A DNA stretch of 64,000 bases from Ramazzottius varieornatus (lineage: Eukaryota; Animalia; Tardigrada): assembly GCA_001949185.1 (NCBI GenBank), contig BDGG01000012.1, positions 1,170,973 through 1,234,972 of the forward strand, given 5' to 3'. The notes under the pieces were generated by a model. That model worked only from the letters and a program-made list of their open reading frames with translations. It had not been told where the DNA came from and did no database searches. The position numbers and the translations under genes were made by a program. Below are positions 36,251 through 50,187 of this stretch, in pieces; within the stretch, counting starts at the first letter, position 1, and the number at the start of each line of letters is the position of its first letter.

Positions 36251-38888
36251 ATGGAGTCATCCAGGAACGACCGCCAGCCACTTTTGACAGCCAGTGACGA
36301 GTTTGCTTCTGGAGAAGCATTCTTCAGGACTGATCAAGGTAATGTCCGAAGTACTTCGAAGCTCCAGTGAAGATGTGTGCATAGCATCTGCGAAGCAGAC
36401 ACATAACAAACGTGGCGCAAAGCAGCGCAAAGATGCCAGCTGGTTAAACGTACTCGTGCACGTTTGAGAACTGGAATTCAGTTGAATTCATGCAATCAAG
36501 CTCCTCTGGCAATCAATCATCGGCCTACTATAGTGTTTCGAAGTACGGCAGTATCCAGCTGGATGATGGGTGTGGTCCTGTGGGAGTAAGTAGGAGGATA
36601 CGATAACCGAGCGCTGGTCAGCGTCAGTTTGAAAGGACTGTCCGCGGAATCGTCGTAGTACTGTCTCATGGATATTTAGGGAACAAAATTTTTCTGTATC
36701 GAAACTTTCTTTCTGTTGCAGAGAAACGACCATGGATTCCCGTTCGCTATCTCATGGTCATTCTGGCATTCTTTGGCTTCTGCAACCTCTATGCTCTACG
36801 GTACTTTGAAGTGACCGCTCTAGCATCTCAAGGATTTTGGTTTTTCATCGTTTTTTCTTCTCGTTTTTAGAGTCAACATGTCGATAGCGATCGTCTCAAT
36901 GGTTATAACGAACTCGAGCAACGGCGAGTCGCATGAGAACACAGGGCAAGATGTCTGTCCGCATCCCAATAAGTCCTCTAGTTCTCACGTGGTAGGAGAC
37001 GGGACCGGGTTCTTCTAAGGCAGTGGTGGGAGTATCCGTTGTTCTTGCAGGTTACCGGGGAGTTCGTGTGGGACAGTCAGACCCAAGGGATCATCCTCGG
37101 ATCCTTCTTCTACGGCTACATTTTCACGCAGTTGGCGGGCGCGGAGATTGCCAAGCGCTATGGACCCAAGCATCCCTTTGGGTTCAGCGTGCTGATCTCC
37201 GGCCTCCTCGCACTGCTGATCCCCACCGCTGCGCGATGGAGTACGGGGGCCCTGATTACCATTCGAACCCTCCAGGGCTTCTTCCAGGTACCAGACCAGG
37301 CATATAACCCCCTCATTAGGAGGACTTGTCTTGTATTCGCTTAACCTTACCGGGACTTCCTGTGGTTTCAGGGTGTATGTTTTCCGAGCATGCATTCATT
37401 TCTTGGGAACTGGGCTCCTACTCTGGAGAGAACGAAAATGGCAACGATTGCGTACAGCGGTACACAGGTAGGTGAACTTGGTTTTGCGTCCCGCTATGTA
37501 ATGTTTTTGAACGTTTATGGAACAATGGGGGGTTCATCGACAGACAGGAACGGTCATTTCTTTGCTCTTATCCGGCTGGATCGCCGAATGGGCCGGGTGG
37601 GAATGGATATTCTACACGTTCGGAGCATGCGCATGGTACGCTTCCTGCTTCCTTGATTGTTGTGTGCCTATTGTGTTGATGACTGACTCTTATATTGCGG
37701 CTGCAGTGTCTGGTACCTTTTTTGGGTATTTCTGGCCTTCGATTCTCCAGAAAGGCATCCAAGCATCTCTCAAGTGGAACGAGCTTACATCGTTGGAGCA
37801 AGTGGAAAATCCAAAGTTGTGGTGGCCAACCCAAGCGTCCCTTGGCGCAAGATATTCCTTTCACTTCCGGTCTGGGCTATTTGTGTGGCGCACTTCGGCA
37901 ATAATTGGGGGTAGGTTCAGAAGCGACTTCCTTGTGGTCGTTTCTATAACACGTTTTGTTCTCAGGTTCTACACCTTGCTCACCAACTTGTCCACATACT
38001 TCAGTACCATTCTCCACTTCAGCCTGAAAGAAAACGGGTTCCTTTCGGCTTTGCCCTACTTAGCCATGGCGGTCTTCATGCCCATTTGTGGATACTTTGC
38101 AGATAGTCTGCGTTCGTTCCGAGTGCTGTCCACAACTGGCGTTCGCAAGGTCTTCCATGTAACGGGACAGCTCTTGCCCGCTGTCTGTCTTGTTTCGGTG
38201 GGATATGTGGGTTGCAACAGCAGCCTTGCAGTGGCTCTACTGGTGTTAGCAGTCGCTTCCAGCGCTTTTGCCCAGTCAGGATACCAAGTCAACCATGTCG
38301 ACATTTCTCCAAACTTCGCCGGAATCTTGATGGTACATTTTAGCTGAATATCGCTTTTCCCCAAAAGTTCTGCCGAAAATTATCAAATGAGACGTAGGAG
38401 TAGCCAAATGATTGAGAAGATTATTTTCATCTCAAGTGGCGCACGTTTCACTGTTACGGGCCGAACGAGTGCGCCACACTTGGGAAAACGGTCATGTTCA
38501 GGTGATTTTGCTGACATCCCAAATTGCGGTGCTAATTTTTTAGGGAATTTCGAATACGCTGGCCACAGTTCCTGGGATCGTCGGTAGGTTTCCCGTTGAC
38601 TCGGTCGAGAACGAACTTGTTTTACTGATCCATGCAAGATGAGTTGACCGTTCGGTGAATGTTCCAGGTCCGTACGTTGTCGGTCTGATCACCAGTAGTT
38701 CGTTGGGCCAGCTCGAACAATGGAGACTGGTGTTCTTTATCTCGGCGGGTGTCTACGTGGTGACGGCGATCTTTTACGCCATCTTTGCATCAGGCGAATT
38801 GGAAAGCTGGGAGCGGAAGACGGTGCGGGATGATGTCGAAGAAGACCGTGAGACTTTGCCAGTTTACAGCAAGGATCCGAGGATTTGA
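36251..38888 (+). CDS. SLC17 sialin-like anion transporter, paralog B (alternative first exon at 35786-35825)
   Basis: First exon MESSRNDRQPLL (dileucine motif) is phase-compatible with exon 36722 (KRPWIPVRYLMVILAFFGFCNLYALR); GSFFYGYIFTQL, WAPTLERTK, NHVDISPNFAGILMG. Confidence 0.92.
38400..38515. mobile_element. Palindromic MITE-like element, copy 8 (SLC17-B intron 38333-38543)
   Basis: ctcaagtggcgcacgtttcactgttacgggccgaacgagtgcgccacacttgggaaaacggtc. Confidence 0.85.
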
Positions 38889-39336
38889 GTTACAGTTCTT
38901 GTACGAAGGTACTCTAGGTGACTGGCTGTGATTTTTATATACTTTCGAAGTATGATTCTGTCTTTTCACCTTTTCGAATTTCCCGACTTTTTACTCTGAC
39001 ATTTTAGCGCAATCAGTTTTTCCTTGTGAAAGTTTGCAGCTTTTAATAGACGATACATCGCATGATAGCACGAGATCACAACATAACCTTGACCGCTCCA
39101 ACTGGATTTTCCTGAGTCGCCTACGAATATCGATCTGATTCATAACAATGACGAGGAGGCGCGATAGCTCCGACCAGCGGATTACCTGCGACTAATCCCA
39201 TGGCTAGGTAGATGGTGTAGTCCCGATCGATCGGTTAGGATCGATCTGTTAACCCACCATGTTCCTACGGCGCGGGGACCTGTACAGGTATCCTCCAACT
39301 CGTCCGACTGTGAGTTCGACCTAAAATTATCCTGGA

Positions 39337-39350
39337 TTCGTTATGGGAAC
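39337..39350 (+). promoter_or_regulatory. Candidate X-box (RFX site) upstream of WDR19
   Basis: ttcgttatgggaac matches 13/14 positions of RTHNYYWTRRNRAC, ~320 bp upstream of the ATG of a ciliary IFT gene; GTTGCTAG half-site at 39371. Confidence 0.35.
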
Positions 39351-39670
39351 CAAGATCAACCTGTTTTTTTGTTGCTAGGTTCAGGCGGCTGACTGGCGTT
39401 GTTTCGCTTGCTGATAAAGATCCCTCATCTCCTTATTCTCGCGGGATGAGCTGATGACTCAGAGGTGACTCTGGGTATGGCTATGAGACTCGAATTTGAG
39501 TGACCGACCTATCCTTTGCGATGCCTATTCCCCATTATTTCCAGTACAGCATAACAAGAATCTCTGATTTTCGGACCCTGCAACGTCTCGCTCATTACCG
39601 ATAGATTATTAGCCGCCATGGGCAGACGAGTACCTTTATAGAGTATGTTTTGCTCGAAGACTCGTACACC

Positions 39671-42600
39671 ATGAGCGTTTTGAAGGTATGTACAGTCCGT
39701 GTTACAACACCATATTATCTTTTGCCCTTCCGGGATTGGTAACATGAAATTTTCTCGATTGTAGCGCCATTTCCAGTTTTCGACAGATTTTGTGTCCGAT
39801 AATAAGGGAAAGCAGGAGCTGTCTCTTCAGTGGCAGCCACTGCAAGCCAACTTCCTGGTGATCGGATCTCCACATGAAAAGCGGCTTTTGCTTTACGACC
39901 GCCAGAACCAACAGCTGAAAGAAATCCCCATACCTTCAGCATGCTCCCATCTGGCCTGGAACCGAGATGGACTACTGCTCGCTTTTGTTTGTCCCAAGGA
40001 CCAGACCACACCTCTATACATGTGGTCACCGTACAGCCAGAAGATTACAGGCCAAGAGCTCGATTCCTGGAGCAGTGGGAAAGTGACATGGTTGGGATGG
40101 AATCCCATCGCGGACATCCTTGCCGTTGCCTTTAACTCAGGTACGTGTTTGTGTTTGTTGTTCTTTTACTGATAGCAGATTTGTTTACATGTCAAAGTTT
40201 GACCGTCCTTTCATGTGCAGGAAACATTATTTTGTTGGACAAAGCCAGCGACAGAAGAGTGGTAGTTCGTGAGCACCACCAGGGACCGGTGGTGGATGCT
40301 GCATGGAGTACCGATGGAGTATTGGCCAGTTGCAGTTCCGTCAAAGACGTTTCCGGGGACGATAAGCAAGCGGTGACATCTTTTATATTTTTTACATCAG
40401 CGAGTGGTGAAGAAGCCATGACGTCACGGGAATGCCCGTACGGGAAAGCGAGGCGGCTGAGGTTCGCTGTCAGCAAGTTCGCGCCCATCGGGCTTCGCTC
40501 TCAGAATACGGTACGTTTTCTTCCCTGATCATGAAGGTGAGATGCTTACTCGGCTTCTTTACAGTTGAGTTGCATCATCAGTAACAAAACGCTGCTCCTG
40601 TTCGACCTCGACGATGACTCGCGGTCTCTGCATTACACGTTCAAAGCCGACTATGGCAATATCGTCGACTACTTTTGGTTCGGCGACGGCTATATCCTTA
40701 TCTGTTTTCAAATAGTAAGCAATACGTTGCATTGGCTGTCGGAAGTCGACAAGCGACCAGTGCTGTATGACGAAACTGTTTTTCTTTGAAGGGAATTCTG
40801 ATATGGGTTTCGTCTCATCCAGACGAGCAAGGCAAAGAGCTGGCCCATGTTAACATATCGCAGAACAGCATCGTTCATATGGCGGCTAGCAATGACGGAG
40901 CAAGGTTCGGTATTTGTTCCGAGAATGTGGTGAAGGTGTTCCAGACAGAGCTGGGGAAGATGCGACATACGGAAGCGTCGTTGTCTAAAGATGCCGGACT
41001 GCGAAAGTTGTCGTGGACCTCCGACGGTCAGTTCATCACTTACAGTATCTGCAGGATAAAAATTACCGGCTTTCAGTTTTTGTGGTGTCTATAGGGTCGC
41101 TAGTGGCAGCCATCGGTGCTAATGGACAAGGTTTCGTCTTTCTGGCCAAAATTCCTGACATTGGATGTGCGTGGAGGGACCGAGTAGCCTTCATGGTGGC
41201 ATTAGACACATTCCATGTGGTTGAAATTCGGAATTCGTCAGAGGTCCTCAGAACCATCTTGTGTGAATTCGAGCCTAACGTTGTGGCTCTTGGGCCTTTC
41301 AACTTCGCGGTGGCCATAAATAACTTGGCGGTCTACTACTTTGCGGAACAACCCGGCGGTAAGTGTGTCCATCTCGCCAGAAGCTCTTCCTCAACGACTT
41401 GAACCCAATATGAATACAATTTTAAGCGAGCTACTCAGTGCTTGGTCGGTACGAGTACTCTGGCATTGTCCAGTCGATTGAAATGTCCGCAAGCTACGCC
41501 GTAGTCCTGCTAACGGATGGCAGAGTGATAACGCATCAACTCAACCGGGACCCATCCACCTTCATCTCCCACATCGATCAGACACTGTCTTCCATCCCCA
41601 ATCTCGAAGGTCAGGCCGCAAATTCGTGTTTAGTGATGTAGTGTACAATGAGTCCGCAGGAAAGATGTTTCCTTGTGCGCGAACCTGCATACTTGTACGC
41701 TGCTGAAATATACGGGTTCGTGTACGTAGGTGCAGCTTCATCACCGGATCTCATACTAATGAAAGTGTCAATTTCCTGTGTGTTTTCAGAAGTTACCTGC
41801 ATGGCACTGTCTGACAAGAACGTATACTTCGGAACATCAAGCGGAGACCTCGGCTATTTTTCTCTCTCTGGGCAGCGTTTCGAGTTAGCCACCCAACATA
41901 CATCGGCCATCAGCTCCATCAAAGTCAAGGAGCCAGATGCTCTGTAGGTCAGCCTTGCAACCCTGTGTGAGTAACGTATAGTAAATGGGTCTATACACCC
42001 GCATGGTCTTCTGAAGAGCATACTCTTTGTGTTTTACAGGATAGTATTCACAGATGCCGCTGACGAAATGTGTTTATACTGCCTGACCACAGATGCGTGT
42101 CTTCCCATCACAAATTTGGCTGGGAAACCAATGGGAGTCTTCTTCGACTGGCTCGTGGGACCAGAACAAACGGTGGGTTCTTTCAGCGTACTGTCTCATT
42201 TACCAGGTAGTAATACGGTTTTGTTTCAGGAGGACTTCGTTTCGATCTTCGGAGTTCAAACACCGACGAACCTGCAGTTTTACGCGTACATACCGCATTC
42301 GATCAATGGTGCCTACGTCGAAGAGGTCGAATACAATTCGAAGTTTTCCGACAAGTCCTCGGTATTGGGTATCAGTGGCGAAAGTATGGCTCTTCTGTCC
42401 AGCGGAGTATTTTCCGTCAGCCGGATTAGCTTATATCCTGATGATGGCCCAAAAGAAGCTGAATGTGATAGCTCATCCGACTTTAACAATGTGACAGCGG
42501 AGAAACTAATCAGACTTCACCGGTACTACGAGGTAAAGTCACAAACTGCCTCAGTCATGTCGACACCCGCTAGTCTCTTCTTACTCTGCTCTTCTTATTT

Positions 42601-45249
42601 CGTTTTTACTATCATGCCAATATATACATTTTTTCTCAGGCCGCTGCCTTTTGCCGGAAGAAAGGGATGAAAGATTTTCTCAAACGCATCGGAGAAAACT
42701 GTGTTCGAGAACTAAATGTCGAGCTCGCCGTTGCCTGTTTTCGTGAAAGCGGGGACTTCGATAAGGCCCTACTACTCGAGCAGTACGTCGTCATCGACCA
42801 CCTTCCGCGTCTAGCCGGCTACATGGCCTTAGTGGACGGAAAACCCGAGCTCGCAGCACAGTGGTTCCTGAAGGCGTCCGACCCATTAGCCGTGCTAGGG
42901 ATATATTCCGACTTGATGCAGTGGGAGAAGGCCATCGCACTAGCAGAGTCCCATGCAGCGGACAAAGTCAGCTACGCATGCCAGCAGTATGCTGCACAGC
43001 TGGAACTTCTGGCGGACTACCCCAGCGCGCTAGAGTACTACGAGAACGCGTTGCGGTCGTTGAATCAGCCAGACGCTGGTCTGGAGAACCAGGTGAAACG
43101 AGGACTCGCCCGGATGTGCTTTCGCTCGGGTGAGATGAGCAGGGGAATAGCGATTGTGCAAGAACTGAAAGACAGAAGCTTATTGGAAGAATGCGCGGCT
43201 ATCCTGGAAGACGAGAAACATTTGGTGGAAGCTGCGAAGATGTATCGAGAAAGCGGAAACTTGGAAAAGGCGGCCAGTGTTTTTCTACGTGCCAAAGACT
43301 GGAAAGCGGTAAGGGTTTATCTCCCAGCACATATCTTTAAATGGATTCATGATACAGAGTTTTTTTAGGCGGAAGATATCATCGAAAAGGTCGACTGTAT
43401 TCCGTTAAAGCTGCAGCTAGGAAGGGCCAGAGAAACGCTGAAGGACTATGCGGGAGCGATCAAGTTGTACGAAGCCGCCGGAGACAACGACTCGGTAGTT
43501 CGTCTGCTACTGGAAGCCCTAAACAGGATAGACTTGGCCATTGAAGTGGTCGACCGAACGCGCTCACAAGAAGGCGCCAAAATGGTTGCAGCGTAAGGGG
43601 AAAAAACCTCAGACATATTTTATTGGATTCTTGGCTTACTAGTTAATTTTCTGCAGGCACTTCATGAAAATCAAGGACTTCGCTTCGGCTATTAGATATC
43701 TTCTTATTTCCGGAAGAGGCGAAGAAGCGTTTTTGATAGCACAGCAATATAACCAAATGGAGATATTCTCGCAAGTCGTAGGTAAGTATTTTTGCGTAGA
43801 AGCGATAAGGGATACGACTATAGCTTTCATGATGAAAAGTCATTTTCGTTCAGGAAACGACCAGACTTTGGCCTTGTACGAAAAGATTGCGACGTACTAC
43901 AGCAATAAGCGGGAGTTCGTCAAGTCCGCGCAGTATCTGATCAAGGCCGACCAGTCTCGGAAAGCCGTGGAGTTGCTAACAAAGCTGATGCAACGTGATA
44001 CCATTGATGCGGCGGAGGAAGATTTCCTCCTTAATACCTTAGTCGCTGCAGCCGTAAGCTCGAAAGACATGGCGCTAACAGATAAAGTGGTGCAAGTACT
44101 ACTCGGCAATGACGGCGGCGAGCCAAAGGTACGCTGTCGTCATTACGTTTCAGTTATTAAGTTGAAGCTACGGTGTAACTCTCGTAGGATGAAAAGTACC
44201 TGCTGGACTTGTACTTGCTCTCCGGACAACACCGAGAAGCCGACAAAATCGCAGTTTTGGTAGCAGAACATCACTTGGACAGCGGAGACTACAAAGAGGC
44301 TCATCGGGTCCTTTACCGGTATGGCGAACATTGGTATCGTGAATAACTTTTGTTCATAATGGAAGCCTTGGAAGGAACTTTGATTCTCTTGCAGGACTTA
44401 CATCAAGCTTCTCGAGTCCCCCCGCGGACCTTCCGACCAACTATTCAATTTGTTTTCCCTGGTGCATAGCCACGCTGTGAGTGTCGTGATGCATACGCTG
44501 AAGGAACACGAGAAAGGTGGGTAATACTGATACTTGGGATTATTTCACTTCCGGGTCCGTTTGCACCTTCTGATGTCTCTAGTTGCTCGAATGCTCATCC
44601 GGATCTGTAAGAACATCAGCAAGTTCCCCAAAGATGCCAGCCGCTTTCTCCTTTCGGCTGTTTTGGAATGCACAAAGTGCCATCTGAATAAAAGTGCTAT
44701 GGAGTAAGTAGAGGCTTCTGACTACTATATTTAAAATATCTTGATGTTTTGTTGGAACTTTAGGTTCGCCCTTATTCTTATGCAACCTCAGTATAGGGCA
44801 ATCGTAACGCAGAAATATGAGTCGAAAATCTTGAACATACTTCGAAAAGGTGGTCGAGTAGTGGATGCGGAAGAGGAAGCGACGGACTGTCCATTCGCCA
44901 GTCACAAGCTTCCAAGCAGCCAACTCTTCTGTCCACTTTGCAAGCTTCGGGTGCCTTTCTGCGTGCTATCGGTAGGTTCCCGTCAATGAACAACTAGTCC
45001 ATGCCGACGGTCCGCACTTTGACTTTTATGTTACAGGGAATGCACTTGGTAAGGTTCGACTGCGCCTTCTGTCCCGGTTGTGACATGCCGGCCATTTACT
45101 CACAAGTAAAGAGCGGGCTGTCCGCTGGTCTTCAGGCCTGCCCGATGTGTTCGTTAGTCTGGAGTTCCCAAAATATGCAGCCTGCCGCTCCGGAAAAGAC
45201 CGAGTCTTTCTTTCGAAAGATAGAGTCATCCCAGTTGGCTGATGGCTAA
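39671..45249 (+). CDS. WDR19: WD repeat protein 19 / IFT144 (IFT-A core), many exons
   Basis: N-terminal WD40s (FKADYGNIVDYFWFGDGYI), TPR region (DLMQWEKAIALA, ENQVKRGLARM), ICKNISKFP, LMQPQYR, C-terminal Cys cluster (CPLC..PFCVLSG.H....CAFCPGC...CPMC). Confidence 0.92.
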
Positions 45250-45638
45250 CGTCCTTTACGTGGTATTTCCGGCGTAACAGAACAATGACCTGTCTAGCAT
45301 GTACTGTACTGTGATACGTTCCCCGCATGATCTCCCTCCTTCTATTATCCTGCAGCTACTATCCCTTGATGAAACTTCCGAGCCTACTTTCAACTCTGCG
45401 ATTCACCTCACTGATTGCTGACGTGTTTTTGGAATAGAGTTATTACATCGAACCAGCTTGAAGGGCTAAGGGCTGCTCAGTCAGAATCGCGAAGCAGAAG
45501 CCGCGAGAAATTAACCGGTTCAAACCTCAAAGGAAAGATAACATGTTAGAAAGGAAAGCAGTCCGGAGAGCAGCTGGCGAAAAACATCCGGAATGTCACC
45601 GACAGATACACTAAGCGGTTGCACAGACAAAGTACTTT

Positions 45639-46941
45639 CTACTTCACCTTTCTCGATTTCGAAACCCCGGAGTTGTCGGCGAACAGCTGGGTCTTAGTTA
45701 GGGAAAACATGTGCCTCAAGAGAAAGATACAGGCAAACGGAAAAGCGCAGAGGTACACGCCGATGAGGTGACTCCACCGTAGATCAAAGTTGCCCAAGCG
45801 AACTAGGCTTGGATGGGTAACGTGGTAAGCCTGAATACCTGAAACCAAAGAAGGCATTAAGTTTGAGATCACAAAACTGGACATCAAACTGGTAAGGAGT
45901 TCTTGTTCCAATCCCACCTTGCAACATCACAACGACTTCCAGCATCATTCCCGCAGGATACAGAACCATCCAAGTGGTATACCGCAGCACCTTCAGGACC
46001 TGGGGCATAACACCGTTGACTTGCGCCAAATAGTACGGGTACCTGATCACTTCGACAGCCGACCAGCAGAGGAAAAGCCAGAAGACAGCAGGCAGACCAT
46101 GCAGCTGCGGTTGGAAGTGGATGATGTGCAGGACGACCAAGCGGCCGAAACTTTGAAGGAATGCCGTCAGCGGAGCAGAGCGGACCAGCCCAAAGGTTGC
46201 ATGCGCCACTTCGAGCGCTTGTGCATACTGCATGATGCGCACATTGGTTCCGACTGTCTTGTAAGTGTGTGGGAAGAACTCGGATCCGTGCAATACGTAG
46301 TTCTTAATGAGGGACACGAAGATACCAAAGAAGCCAATCAGCATGAATGCGTTGTAAGCTGTTAGGTACAGCTTCTTGAGTTCGACTGGGCCTTGAGTTA
46401 TCTTGGGTTTCTTGTCTATCATGTCTTTGAGTAGTCTGTCGATTGATGCTTTGTATGGTCGGTCTGGATCGATCACTTCGTCCTTCTTTTCTTCTTCAGA
46501 GTCGGCGTCTCCGCTTTGAAAGCGGTTAAAATCAATCTTCAACCTGCAACAACAAAAGCTGTTAAATACCATGATCGAAATGGTTTCTCGGGAATCGAGA
46601 TTACACTACCATGCAGGTTTGTTGCGCGTCTTGAATAGAGCTGGCCAGAATCCTCCTGTGCTCTTGTCCAGGAAGAACTGGACGCTGCTCCCGCCGATAT
46701 CCATTCGGTAACCGTCTTTGCCAGGCACAACTTCGTCATGTAGATCGATGGTGAAAGCGAAATGCTGAGTATCACGGTGTCCTGGTGCAATTCCATCGCA
46801 GGAGAACTTGAATGTTTTGGCGGACAGCACCACTTCCGGAGAGCCTTTAGCTTCCAACTCGACGCGCAGGAAGACTTGCTCGTTGGACTGAGCCCAGTAC
46901 ACGAACGGGTTGACCGAAGAGCTTTTCGCGAGAGAATCCAT
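45639..46941 (-). CDS. HACD3: Very-long-chain 3-hydroxyacyl-CoA dehydratase HACD3/PTPLAD1
   Basis: N-terminal CS domain (PFVYWAQ) plus PTPLA domain (YLTAYN, WSAVEVIRYPYY, LRYTTWMVLYPAGMMLE); basic C-terminus. Confidence 0.92.
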
Positions 46942-47295
46942 CTCTTCGATCTGCTCGTCTTGGACTTCAAAGGAACGACACTTGGGACACAGTGAAGCCC
47001 CGGAGCAAGAAAGATCTGAAAGAACCACTGTCAACCACAACATCGAGGAAGGCGACTTCCATTCTGACGATACACACGCACGTGTAGCTTATCAACAATC
47101 AACCGTAGCGAATGGAAAAGTTGATTTGAAATGCGGTCGGTTCTTTTCGCAATTTCCATTCTGAAATCAGCTGCAATTTTGCGTTTTCGTTTTGCTCAGT
47201 TTTTTATATTTTAAGGAGCCGTAATTAGGAAGGGTCCTCGTATCGGCATATCCTGGATACTTGCACTTTCGTCGCTGGTTTTCAAGATCTTCGCG

Positions 47296-50187
47296 ATGAA
47301 TGGTCCGGAAGCATCGAGTTCACAATTTTCGGAGGAAGAACCCAGTGCTAACCACGAGGTGCTTTCGCTTCCGTTCGACAGAGACGAGGAGTTTCCGCTG
47401 CTGTCAGGTGATTATATACAGCAACTGATGAAGTTCTCGATGCTCGCTTGAGTCGCTTCTTCTTTCTTTATTCATGGATTTGTGGGTCTTGAAACTCGCT
47501 CGAGTTTCTTTTGCATAAATTTTTGCAGAAAATGTCTACCTGGACCATGCTGGATCGACGTTATATGCACGAAGTCAGATCGACGCCTTATGTAGTCAAC
47601 TACAGTCAAACCTGTTTACGAACCCACATAGCGGACACCTGTTCAGCCAGAACACTGCGCAAGAAATCGCCAAAGTTCGCAACAGGTAGCTTCCATAGTA
47701 GTGCCGGAAACGACGTTTTGTTGTAATGTTGTCCCAATAGGATACTCAAGTTTTTTCACACGGATGCCGCCCAATATTCCGTTGTCTTCACAAGCGGCGC
47801 GACTGCTTCCATGAAACTCGTAGCCGAATGTTTTCTCTATGGAACTGATGGAGTGTTCGCCCATCTTGCCGAAATACACACCTCCGTCGGGGGCATGCGG
47901 GAGGTCGCGAGACAGCGCGGAGCTAAAGTCCAGCACTTCCACGAGAACGACCTCGAACCCACTTCCTCGTTCCTGTCTTCCCTAACAGCCCACACCGGCA
48001 AGAAGCTAGTAGCATTTCCCGGTCAGTGCAACTTTTCTGGTCGAAAATACCATGCCGCAGCGTGGACTAAGCGTCTGCATGAAGTCAAGTGCAAGGTCTT
48101 CCTGGACGCAGCGGCCTTAGTGACGACCTCGCCCTTAGACTTGTCGAAAGTCAACGCAGATTTCGTCGCGCTTTCCTTCTACAAGATATTCGGTCATCCT
48201 ACTGGGGTAGGCGCGCTTCTGGTCAGAAACAGTGTGGCTAACACACTACGGAAAACATACTTCGGTGGTGGCTCAGTTGAAATGTCCATCAGCGAACTGG
48301 ACTTCCATGTTCCCCGGTTAAACATAACGGACAGGTAAACCTAATACTGGTATCTGTTTCTTCTTGAAAGATTTTGTGGTTCTTTTATGATGCGTGTTTA
48401 AGGTTGGAAGATGGTACGGTGAACTTTAACGACATAATCGCACTAAACCATGGCTTCGATGCAGTGGAAAGAGTGGGTGGTGGGATGACTTGTATCAGCC
48501 AACGAGTATTTTCGTTGGCTCGGTATACTTTCCTTCGTTTGCGAGAGCTACGGCACCATAGTGGAGCTCAGGTAGCAGAAATCTACCACAATGGAAACTT
48601 CGACAGCATTACCGAACAGGGCGGTGTCGTAACTTTCAATTTGAAGCGGTCCGATTCCTCGTTCGTCGGATACAGCCTCGTTGAAAAAGTGATGTCGTCT
48701 TTCAAAGTGCACTTGCGGACTGGGTGCTTCTGTAACACGGGGGCTTGTCAGAAGTACCTGAGCTTGAGCGCTCAAGCCCTCCTCGACAACTTCCACGTAA
48801 ATGCGAGCGACCCTGTGTTTCTTGAAATGCTGTGATTCCCCACCAGACCAAAAATCGGGAACTTGTTTTCAGGCTGGGCATGTCTGCGGGGATAACGTAG
48901 ACTTGGTCAATGGTATACCAACTGGCGCGATCCGCGTGTCCTTCGGCTATATGTCCGTCCAAGCTGATGCCGATGCCTTTCTGCAAGTCATTCGCGATGT
49001 CTTTGTGGAAAACTCGCGTGATGTTTCGCAGAGCTTGAGTTCCGTTAGCCAGGAGCACGGGGAACTGGCCAGCATGTTCATTTATCCAGTCAAGTCATGT
49101 CGTGGAACCAGGGTGAGTTCCTTCGTGAGACACACTTCTGCTCTGTACACGGAGTCGCTGGTAAAGTTAATGATTTCTCTGCTTCTTTTGTTACAGGTGA
49201 AGTCATGGCCAGTGTTTCTTGGTGGCTTCCTCTACGACCGCACCTTCTTCGTACAAAACTCCAAAGGGACCTCCGTCACGCTGAAGCACCACGGAGGTCT
49301 TTCACGCATCACGCCTGTTGTGGACCTGAGGAGCCATCAAATGATTCTGCAGGCTCCTGGTGTACCAACTCAGAAGGTCGATCTTGGCGACTTGGAAGAC
49401 CAAGAAGACATGGCCGGCCGTATCTGTGGTCGTAGGTCGTACAGCTCTCGCAATATTCTCAAATTCTGACTGAAAGATAAATTAACTCAGCTGACCTTGG
49501 AAGTATTACAGAGTTCGGGCGTTTGACTGCGGCGATTCGGCTTCACGATGGCTAACGAACTTGCTGAACGACGATGTCTACAGCTTACTGCGATGCACGA
49601 ATGATTCTTCTTCCGCCAAAACTAGCTCAGCTGCCAACTCTGCTCCGTTTTTACTCATCTGCTCCGCCAGCATTCAGTGTCTTCTCGACAATATTCCTGC
49701 TCCACATGGGTACACTTATGAGGATCTGACAGATCGGATGCGACCCAATTTGGTTGTGGATACCAAAATTCCCTTTGAAGAAGACTCGTGGAAGATGATC
49801 CGCATCGGATCTAGCATGATTTTCGAGGTGGTGGAGAAATGCTCACGGTGTCAAATGGTCAATATCGATGTCCGGCGCAATGGCGAAAGGAACAAGGAAC
49901 CATTACAAAGTATAATTCGCCTTCGCGGAAAAGAGGTACTGAATCTCGGCACTTTTTTGTCAATACGGGTGCTGTTCGCCCCATCATGTCGAACAGAAAC
50001 TTTACAACTTTTATTTAATATAATTTTGCAGATGCATTTTGGTATTCTATTGCGACAACTAGAAACATCCGCGAGCGATACGAGAGAATCGGGAAACACG
50101 GCGTCTGTGCTGACCGAAGGCGATTATGTGCAGGTTTTAACCAGAGAGGACCAGGTGAATTCTCTAGTGAACAAACCAATGGAATGA
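47296..50187 (+). CDS. MOCOS: Molybdenum cofactor sulfurase (maroon-like)
   Basis: YLDHAGSTLY, PLP-binding SFYKIFGHPTG, LRTGCFCNTGAC, GAIRVSFGYMS, MOSC domain (IYPVKSC, RMRPNLVV, CSRCQMV). Confidence 0.95.
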
